A stretch of DNA of 32,000 nucleotides from contig NZ_CP042911.1 of NCBI RefSeq assembly GCF_008065095.1, positions 6,030,001-6,062,000 on the forward strand. Direction: 5' to 3'. Each line of letters begins with the position of its first letter. Position 1 is the stretch's first letter. Positions 15,224-22,062 of the stretch are shown here, piece after piece. The position numbers and the translations under genes were made by a program. This stretch comes from Gemmata obscuriglobus. GTDB lineage: Bacteria > Planctomycetota > Planctomycetia > Gemmatales > Gemmataceae. The notes under the pieces are model-generated. The model saw nothing but the letters and a program-made list of their open reading frames with translations. It was not told where the DNA came from and ran no database searches.

Positions 15224-18200
15224 ATGCCACGCGTCGAGTGCTCGTCTTGCGGGATGCGGGTCACCGTTCCGGTCGAGCGCCGGCGCGTCAGGTGCCCGGA
15301 GTGCGGTGCGCTCGTAACCGCCCCCGGAGGCTCGGAAGAAGCGGTCGCCCGGAAAGCGCCGGGCAAACGGGTCCGGACCGAGGCGCCGGGCATGGCAGAC
15401 GAGAGCGATGACCGCCCGCGCGCCCGGCGCCTGCCGGGGAGGCGTGCAACCTACGCGATACTGGCCGGCGCCGGCGTGCTGGCGCTGGTGTGCGCGTGCG
15501 CCGCGGTGCTGGTGGCGATCGCGCCGCTCAGACCGAGGCCGCCGGCCGTAGCCGGCGGCGCGGACCCGCTCGCGGCCCCGAACCCGCCACCCGTTCCCGA
15601 GTCACCGACGGTCGAGCCACCGACGGCCCCGAACCCGCCCGCTCCCGAGCCACCGCCGGTTAAGCCACCGGTGGCCCCGAGCTTGCCGCCCGCTCCCGAG
15701 CTACCGTCGGTCGAGCCGACGGCCGCTCCGGTCCGTGGACCGGCGAGCCGGCCCAAGACCCCACCGAACCCGTTGGACCCGCTTCACCCCTACCTCGTCC
15801 TCGACGCGAACGGTCACACGGCTCAGGTCCAAGGCGTGGCAATGACCCCCGACGGGCGCCGCGTGGTGACCGCCTCCCGGGACCGTACCGTGCGCGTTTG
15901 GGACGTAACGACCGGCGAGACGTTGCGCACCTTCCGGTACCCGACCGGTCCCGGGAACGAGGGGATGGTGCAGGCCCTGGCGCTGTCACCGGACGGTCGG
16001 CTCTGTGCCGCTGCGCCGTTCCCGCTCGATCTCGGTCAGGCCGGGCGCCCCGCGCTCGTCACCGACATGGAGACCGGGCGGGTGGTGGCCACCCCCAAGG
16101 GGCACCGGAACACGGTGACCGCGCTGGCTTATTCTCCGGACGGGCGGTTCTTGGGTGCGGGCTCGGGCGACCACGACATCTCCGTCTGGGACGCGCGGCT
16201 CTGGAAGCCGGTGGGGCTGTTGCGCGGGCACTCGGCTCCGATCACGGGGCTGTCTTTTTCGCCCAACGGCCTCCGGAGCGTGAGTGTCGCCGCCAACCGC
16301 ACCGCGCTGCTGTGGTCCGGGGACCGAACCCAGAAGCCGTTCGTCGAGCTGCGGGACGGCGATCACCAGGCCCGCAGCGTGGCCTGGAGCCCGGACGGTC
16401 GCACGGTCGCCGTCGGCAACCACGACGGCACCATCTCGCTGTGGAACCCGGACGGGACGCTGCGTAAGACGCTGACCGGGCTGCGCAACGACATCCTGAA
16501 CCTGGCGTTCACCCCGGACAGTCACTCCCTCCTCCAGTGTGGGGTCGCACCGGGAGCGCTCAACCGCGACCGCTTCGCCTGCACGATCATTGACGCCGCG
16601 ACCGGCGAGGAACGCTCCCGGTTCGAGGGGCACACGAATTTGGTCTCGGCCGCGTGCCTGTCGGCCGACGGGGCGCTCGCGGTTACGGCCGGGGGAAACG
16701 ACCACGAGGTGCACGTGTGGCGGGTGAGCGACGGGTCCCCGGTCCAAACACTCGCCGGCCGGGGGCGCGCCGGGTGGACGGTCGGCTGGAGCCCGGACGG
16801 GCGCTCGGTCGCCTGGGGTAACTCGAACGCGCGGGGCGCGACGGCGCTCGAACGCGCGTTCGAGTTGAGCGAGTTGCGGTTCGCGGGACCGCCGAACGGC
16901 TCGTACTCGGGGGCGGTACTGACCCGCGGGGGCCGGACCCTGGAACTGACTCCGAACCGGGAGATGGCGATCAAGAACGGCTCCCGAACCGAGCTGCTGT
17001 ACCGGGACACCGAACTGAGCACCAGCAACTCGGTATTCTGTTTCACGTGGCTCCCGGACGGGCGGATCGTGGTCGGCTCTCAGTTCGGCCTCCAGCTGTT
17101 CGACCCGGACACCAACCAGATCGTCCGCAGTTACGCGGGCTCCACGGACGCTACCACCGCCATCGCGCTCTCCCCGGACGCACGGTACTTCGCCACGACA
17201 TCCGGTGACATGATCATTCGGGTGTGGCGGGTGGACCAGCGGACCCCGGTGCTGTCGCTGTTCTGCGCGGGTTCGGACTGGGTGGCATGGACCCAGGAAG
17301 GGTTGTACGCCGCGTCCCCGAACGGGGAGCGGCTGATGGGCTGGCAGGTGAACACCGGTGGTGCCACCGGGCTCGGTACCGCGTACTCGGCCGCCCAGTT
17401 CCGCAAGTCGCTGTACCGCCCCGACGTGATCGGTCGGGTGCTCCGCGACGGGGGCGCGGCGGCGGCGCTGGAGCGGGCCGGTGTCGCCGGGGCCGACGGG
17501 CTGCAGGTCGCCCGGTTGCTCCCCCCAGCGGTGGCACTCACCAGCCCGTCCGGGCTCGGCGTGAGCCCGGTCGCCGGACCGAAGTTCGCCGTGAAGGCGT
17601 CGGCCCAGAGCGTCGGGACGCACCCGGTTACCGCGCTCCGTCTGCTGGTCAACGGGCGCCCGTATGGGGGCGCGTCCGGCGTTCACACGGTCGCCGCGCC
17701 GCGGCTCGGCGAGGTGCGGGCCGACTGGTCGGTGGAGCTGCCGCCCGGGTTGTACAACCTGGCGGTCGTGGCCGAGAGTGCCGTGAGCCGGGCCGTTTCG
17801 CCACCGGTCGGGGTGCAGGTCGGCGGGCCGACCGGTGACGAGCGCCCGACGCTGTACCTGCTGGCGGTGGGGATCAGCGACTACCCCGGTCCGATGAAGC
17901 TCAACTACGCGGCCGCGGACGCAGACGCCCTGGCTCGTGCGTTCAAGGCGCACGGCAAGGGGGCGTTCCGCGCGGTGGAGGTGAAACTGATCCGGAACAA
18001 GGAGGCGACCCGCGGTGCGATCGAGCAGGGGCTCGGCTGGCTGTCCGGGAAGATGACCCACCGGGACGTCGGTGTGGTGTTCTTCTCCGGACACGGCGGG
18101 CGCGACGAGAAGGGCAACCTGTTTTTGATCACGGCGGACGTGGACCCCAAAAACATCGCCGGCACCTGTCTCCCGGGGGACGCGGTGAAGCGGAAGCTGG

Positions 18201-18577
18201 GTGGCACGCCGGGGCGCGTGATCGCAATCCTCGACGCGTGTCACTCGGGTGCCGCGGCAGACCGGCCCACGCACCCGTCCGCCACGGACGACCTGGTCCG
18301 CGACCTCGTCTCCGAGGATTACGGGATCGTGGTCATGAGCTCGTCCCAGGGTTGGGAGTACTCGCTCGAGAGCGCGGTTGTGGGGCAGGGCTTTTTTACC
18401 GCCGGGCTCATCGATGGGCTTTCGGGCAAAGCCGACACGAACGGCGACGGGTTCGTGTACCTGAACGAATTGGCCACGTACGCGGCTCAGCGCGTACGGG
18501 TGTTGAGCGATGGTTCGCAGAATCCGGTCACTGCCAAGCCGCCGTCGATTCGATCCTTCCCGCTTTCCAAGCCGTGA
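15224..18577 (+). CDS. membrane-anchored zinc-ribbon / Pro-rich linker / WD40 beta-propeller / caspase-like (peptidase C14) protein
   Basis: ATG at 15224 is preceded by GAGGAAG. The zinc ribbon is CSSCG...CPECG. The TM helix is YAILAGAGVLALVCACAAVLVAIAPL, preceded by an Arg-rich stretch. Many WD40 units are present (VRVWD, ISVWD, ISLWN, VHVWR, IRVWR). The C-terminal caspase fold (17843-18574) has FFSGHG (His at 18092-18094) and ILDACHSG (Cys at 18239-18241). Confidence 0.9.
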   Translation: MPRVECSSCGMRVTVPVERRRVRCPECGALVTAPGGSEEAVARKAPGKRVRTEAPGMADESDDRPRARRLPGRRATYAILAGAGVLALVCACAAVLVAIAPLRPRPPAVAGGADPLAAPNPPPVPESPTVEPPTAPNPPAPEPPPVKPPVAPSLPPAPELPSVEPTAAPVRGPASRPKTPPNPLDPLHPYLVLDANGHTAQVQGVAMTPDGRRVVTASRDRTVRVWDVTTGETLRTFRYPTGPGNEGMVQALALSPDGRLCAAAPFPLDLGQAGRPALVTDMETGRVVATPKGHRNTVTALAYSPDGRFLGAGSGDHDISVWDARLWKPVGLLRGHSAPITGLSFSPNGLRSVSVAANRTALLWSGDRTQKPFVELRDGDHQARSVAWSPDGRTVAVGNHDGTISLWNPDGTLRKTLTGLRNDILNLAFTPDSHSLLQCGVAPGALNRDRFACTIIDAATGEERSRFEGHTNLVSAACLSADGALAVTAGGNDHEVHVWRVSDGSPVQTLAGRGRAGWTVGWSPDGRSVAWGNSNARGATALERAFELSELRFAGPPNGSYSGAVLTRGGRTLELTPNREMAIKNGSRTELLYRDTELSTSNSVFCFTWLPDGRIVVGSQFGLQLFDPDTNQIVRSYAGSTDATTAIALSPDARYFATTSGDMIIRVWRVDQRTPVLSLFCAGSDWVAWTQEGLYAASPNGERLMGWQVNTGGATGLGTAYSAAQFRKSLYRPDVIGRVLRDGGAAAALERAGVAGADGLQVARLLPPAVALTSPSGLGVSPVAGPKFAVKASAQSVGTHPVTALRLLVNGRPYGGASGVHTVAAPRLGEVRADWSVELPPGLYNLAVVAESAVSRAVSPPVGVQVGGPTGDERPTLYLLAVGISDYPGPMKLNYAAADADALARAFKAHGKGAFRAVEVKLIRNKEATRGAIEQGLGWLSGKMTHRDVGVVFFSGHGGRDEKGNLFLITADVDPKNIAGTCLPGDAVKRKLGGTPGRVIAILDACHSGAAADRPTHPSATDDLVRDLVSEDYGIVVMSSSQGWEYSLESAVVGQGFFTAGLIDGLSGKADTNGDGFVYLNELATYAAQRVRVLSDGSQNPVTAKPPSIRSFPLSKP
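15575..15721 (+). repeat. three tandem 48-51-nt (16-17 aa) Pro-rich coding repeats
   Basis: The units are 15575-15625, 15626-15673 and 15674-15721. Each starts GCCCCGA. They encode APNPPPVPESPTVEPPT / APNPPAPEPPPVKPPV / APSLPPAPELPSVEPT. Confidence 0.7.
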
Positions 18578-18628
18578 ACCGCTCGTTCAACCCACGCACG
18601 AGGCCGGATCCGGCCCGGTCGCCGGCGT

Positions 18629-18798
18629 GGGAGGAGAGTTCGGATCTCGCTCGGAGTACGAGGCGAACCCGGTGTTAACTCGCGGGGTGGTCTCTCGGCG
18701 AGAGCGCGAGACTTTTCGGGAGAGGAGTTCGGGGTCCGAGTTGGAACGGTGGGGTTCGGCTCGCGCCCCGAGTTGTCTCTGTCGAACCAGAGACTTTT
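18629..18798 (+). repeat. two consecutive ~85-nt units, each opening GGGAG.GAG.TTCGG and closing GTCTC..GAGAC-TTTT
   Basis: Unit A is 18629-18717 and unit B is 18718-18798. The ends are conserved and the middles diverge. The region is non-coding and lies downstream of the caspase gene. Confidence 0.4.
18775..18798 (+). terminator. intrinsic-terminator-like hairpin plus T4
   Basis: GTCTCTG (18775-18781) pairs with CAGAGAC (18788-18794) around a 6-nt loop, followed by TTTT (18795-18798). Confidence 0.45.
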
Positions 18799-18923
18799 GC
18801 TGGGTGTGCGTGAGGCGACAAAGTGCCCGGAAAACATGGTAGAAATGGCAGCAGCCGGGAGGCCATGCTCCCGGCTGTGCGCGTTAACTCGTGGGGTGCG
18901 TTATTCCGTACCCGCTGACTCAG

Positions 18924-18952
18924 CTCCCCGACTTGGATTCGAACCAAGAACC
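18924..18952 (-). pseudogene. tRNA 3'-half remnant (T-arm + 3' acceptor strand + discriminator)
   Basis: The minus strand reads CTTGG-TTCGAAT-CCAAG-TCGGGGA-G, i.e. a canonical T-stem/T-loop followed by 7 nt and a discriminator. No D-arm or anticodon arm can be folded upstream. Homology ends at the TA where IS630 is inserted. Confidence 0.4.
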
Positions 18953-19033
18953 TAGTACATCGTCAAGCCAAGGAATTAGGATGTTACTGAGCCCGGTTTG
19001 TGGGGCACTGGTGGCATCCTCCGGGGCTCTGTC

Positions 19034-19473
19034 ATGCAGAAGAAGTATATCGTCCGGCTCACGGCGGATGAGCGCGCGACGCTGGCGGACGTGGTCCAGA
19101 AGCTCAAGGGGTCGTCGCAGAAGGTGCGCCGCGCGCAGATCCTGCTGAAGGCCGACGCGGACGGCCCGGGGTGGACCGACGCGAAGATCGCCGAGGCCGT
19201 GAGGTGCCGGACGTAGACCGTGGAGAACGTGCGCGAGCGGCTCGTCACGTCGGGGTTCGAAGTGGCCCTCAACGGTCGGCCCCGGGGCCACGCGCCCCGG
19301 CCCAAGGTGCTCGACGGCCAGCAAGAAGCCCAGGTCATCGCGATGCGGTTGGGGCCGCCCCCCCAAGGGGTTCGCCAACTGGACCTTGCGGCTCCTGGCC
19401 GAGAACGTCGTGGCCCTGGAGATCGTGCCCGCGATCAGCCACGAGACGATCCGCCGGACCCTAAAAAAAGTGG
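19034..19473 (+). pseudogene. IS630-family transposase, N-terminal HTH part (disrupted)
   Basis: It reads MQKKYIVRLTADERATLADVVQKLKGSSQKVRRAQILLKADADGPGWTDAKIAEA..., then an in-frame TAG at 19214-19216. It shifts into another frame at the C7/G4 runs (19358-19370), reading FANWTLRLLAENVVALEIVPAISHETIRRTLKK. It is then cut by IS66 at 19474. Confidence 0.8.
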
Positions 19474-21049
19474 GTAAGCGTTCACGGGTGATGCGGCAGT
19501 GTATCAACAGTTGGCGAGTAGCGGATTCACAACGTTCTGTTGTTGAGCTTCAGCTGGAACGAGCGTCGGTGCCTTCGCGCCGGTCCGGTGTGCGGTGACG
19601 GCGTCGATGAGGAACGCCAAGACGTTGCGCTTCTGGCGGCGGCACGAGGCGATCACCGTGAGGATTCGTTCCACGAACCGGCTCCCGCGTTCGCTGTCGG
19701 TCCCGAAGCTGGTTTTGCGCCAGCACACGGCGTGACGCACCTCACGCTCGGCCGCGTTGTTGGTCGGTTCCACGCCGACGACACGCGCGAACGTCCACAA
19801 CGACGCCTCGACCGACAACAGTTCCGCGCAGGTCGTGGCGGTCTTGGCGCAGCCGCACGCCGCCCCGTTCCGCAGGTGCGTGCCGACCTGACGACGCAAC
19901 GCGGGGATGTAGGTCGAGCGACATGTGGACCGCGCGAGGGTTCCGTCCCGCACCCGATACCAGTTCTCGAACAGGGCGTCCGAACACGCCAACAGAGCCG
20001 CGCCGATCGCCTGTCCGGAACCGCCCCGGTCGATCATCGCCTGGAAATCGCGTCGCAGGTGCGCCCAGCAGAGTTGACGCTTGTACTTGTCGAGGTGCGT
20101 GTACACCGGATACCGGTCCGTCGTATGCACGGCCGTGGACCCGGCACGCAGGTCATCAAAGGCGGCCCGGCCCCGGGTCCGGCGGATCAGGAACGCCACC
20201 ACGAACGTGGTCACGGCGGCCCACAGCCAGGCCCGCTGACGCCCCTGCTTCCAACCGGTCTCGTCCACGTTGGCCGGGTGCCCGCGGGTGTACACCAGGG
20301 CCTGTTCGGCCACCGGCTTCAGCGCCTCGGCGGTTCGGTGCTGGAGCTTGCACACCATGGCCGGGCTCAGGGGCAGGCCGAACAGATCGTCGAACAGTTG
20401 GCTCGTGCCCCGCTTGCCCAGACGGCACGAGCCGGTGAGAAGCGCGGCCACCGCCTGCGCCCGGGGGCCGTATCCGGTGCGCGCCTCCGACGGCACCGCG
20501 GGCACCGTGGTCGTGCCGCAGTGGGGGCACCGGAGCCGGTGGCACCGATACTCGGTCACGTGGGGTTTGATAACGGGCAACTCGTGGACCTGATGAATGG
20601 CCGGAGCCGGATCGTCCCCGGCCAGCGACCGCGAGCAGTCCCGGCACACGGACGGCTTGAGGGTCCGGATCTCATCGGGTGGCAGGAGCGTGCGCTCGGC
20701 TTTGGGATGCCCCGGTTGCCCGCCCCGACGCTTCCCCGAAGGGGCCTTGGGCGGGGCCAGTTTCACCTGCGGAGGATCGGACGAGGGCGGCTTCGACGAG
20801 TTGGTGGAGCTCTGGTTGAGTCGGGCCTTGAGTTCGGCGACCTCGGCCACCAGAGCAGTGATCGTGGCCTCCAAGGCGCGAATATACGCCACCACCGCCG
20901 GTGGTAAGTTATCGGGCAGTTCCGGCGGTTGAGGAACAGGCGTCATGACGTCTGCTCGATTACGGAACATGCCCGCTTGTGGCAACCGCGTATCCAAACG
21001 GGCTAAAATGACGGGCAAAAGCGGGTGGCGCACCCCCATGAACGCTTAC
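19474..21049 (-). mobile_element. IS66-family insertion sequence (single-ORF type), apparently intact
   Basis: The terminal inverted repeat GTAAGCGTTCA lies at 19474-19484, with its reverse complement at 21039-21049 (11/11). The 8-bp target duplication AAAAGTGG lies at 19466-19473 and 21050-21057. The element is 1576 bp. Confidence 0.9.
19504..20946 (-). CDS. IS66-family transposase
   Basis: 480 aa from the ATG at 20944-20946. It has an N-terminal zipper (LPPAVVAYIRALEATITALVAEVAELKARL), the NSSKPPSSD motif and a CPHCG zinc finger, then a DDE-type core. The track ORF start at 21039 lies inside the terminal repeat. Confidence 0.9.
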   Translation of the reverse strand: MTPVPQPPELPDNLPPAVVAYIRALEATITALVAEVAELKARLNQSSTNSSKPPSSDPPQVKLAPPKAPSGKRRGGQPGHPKAERTLLPPDEIRTLKPSVCRDCSRSLAGDDPAPAIHQVHELPVIKPHVTEYRCHRLRCPHCGTTTVPAVPSEARTGYGPRAQAVAALLTGSCRLGKRGTSQLFDDLFGLPLSPAMVCKLQHRTAEALKPVAEQALVYTRGHPANVDETGWKQGRQRAWLWAAVTTFVVAFLIRRTRGRAAFDDLRAGSTAVHTTDRYPVYTHLDKYKRQLCWAHLRRDFQAMIDRGGSGQAIGAALLACSDALFENWYRVRDGTLARSTCRSTYIPALRRQVGTHLRNGAACGCAKTATTCAELLSVEASLWTFARVVGVEPTNNAAEREVRHAVCWRKTSFGTDSERGSRFVERILTVIASCRRQKRNVLAFLIDAVTAHRTGAKAPTLVPAEAQQQNVVNPLLANC

Positions 21050-21754
21050 AAAAGTGGACTGACGAGTCGCAAGATCGAGTACGGGGTGATCCCACCGAAG
21101 GCCGATGGGGAGTTCGTGGCCCACATGGAGGTGGTCCTGGACACGTACACCACGCCCTACGATTGCCGGTACCCGGTGCTGAACAGGGACGAGCAGCCAA
21201 TCCCGTTGCTGAAGGAGACGCGGGTCCCGATCCCGGCCACGACGAATCACCCGCGGCGGGTCGATTACGAGTACGAGCGGGCCGGGACGGCGAGCATCTT
21301 CATGTTCGGTGAGCCCCTGGCCGGGTGGCGCCAGGGGCGGGGCCGGGAGCACCGGGCCAAGGTCGACTGGGCGGTGGAGATGGGGGCGCTGTTGCGGGGC
21401 CGGTACGCGGCCGCCGAGAAGGTGATCCGGGTGTGCGACAACCGGAACACGCACACCATCGGGGCGTTCTACGAGGCATTCGATCCGGTCACGGCCCGGG
21501 CCCTGGTGCGTCGGCTCGAGTTCCGCCACACGCCCAAGCACGGCAGCGGGCTCAACATCGCCGAGAACGAGCTGAGCGCGAGGACCCGGCAATGCGTGCA
21601 CGGCCGCCGGTTCGCGACGATCGAGGCGTTGCGCGCGGAGACGGTCGCGTGGCACGAGTACGTCAACGACAAGCCGCGCGGCGTCGAGTGGCAATTTCGC
21701 ACCGACGACGCGAGAACCAAACTGAACTCGCTCTACCCTAAAATTAAAACCTGA
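21050..21754 (+). pseudogene. IS630-family transposase, C-terminal DDE part (separated from its N-terminus by IS66)
   Basis: It reads KSGLTSRKIEYGVIPPKADGEFVAHMEVVLDTY...VCDNRNTHT...FRHTPKHGSGLNIAENELS...FRTDDARTKLNSLYP. It is in the same frame as the 19034 ATG but offset from the middle segment (the A7 run at 19463-19469). Confidence 0.8.
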
Positions 21755-21819
21755 CGCTGCACTAGGTTGTAGACCTGCAGTTCGGGAAGAAGTGCCCCCC
21801 GGATGTAACTGTCCCTTGG

Positions 21820-22053
21820 TTAGTCACTTCGAGATGCGTTCACCCAGGAGCACCGGATTGGGGTTGCGAGCGTCTCCTCTTTGGGGTCGCCGGCGATGTT
21901 GAACTTCGCCGAGTTAACGCTCTGGCAGACTAACTCGCCGACCACGTTCCGCGAGTACACGCTTGCCGCTTGCGTCCTGCACCACCTTGCACTTCTCGCC
22001 CCGAACGGGAGCAGGTCGCTGTCCGCGTCCGGGGTGAGCGAAACGCCGTCCAC
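21820..22053 (-). CDS. possible small hypothetical protein or gene remnant (77 aa)
   Basis: The ORF composition is not Arg/Pro/Gly-biased and third-position G/C is moderately high. It lies directly downstream of the giant TSP3 gene on the same strand. No recognisable motif. Confidence 0.25.
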   Translation of the reverse strand: MDGVSLTPDADSDLLPFGARSARWCRTQAASVYSRNVVGELVCQSVNSAKFNIAGDPKEETLATPIRCSWVNASRSD

Positions 22054-22062
22054 CCGCCGCGG

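Larger units (their letters stand above)
18955..21762 (+). mobile_element. IS630-family insertion sequence, inactivated (nonsense codon, two frameshifts, nested IS66)
   Basis: It is flanked by TA at 18953-18954 and 21763-21764. The imperfect terminal inverted repeats are GTACATCGTCAAG / GTGCAGCGTCAGG (10 of the first 13 match). Its length minus the nested IS and its duplication is 1224 bp. It carries IS630/Tc1-type transposase remnants. Confidence 0.8.

Noticed and set aside
15986-18274. 762-aa minus-strand ORF
   Set aside because: It is an antisense shadow of the WD40-caspase gene. It is Arg/Pro/Gly-rich with no motifs.
18880-18990. A complete tRNA gene on the minus strand
   Set aside because: Only the T-arm and 3' acceptor strand fold. 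The sequence 5' of the T-stem gives no anticodon or D arm, either as it stands or after in-silico removal of the IS630 element. It is therefore called a remnant only.
19358-19470. Programmed ribosomal frameshifting in the IS630 transposase
   Set aside because: The gene also carries an in-frame TAG and is physically split by the IS66 insertion. Decay (or homopolymer assembly error) is the simpler explanation.
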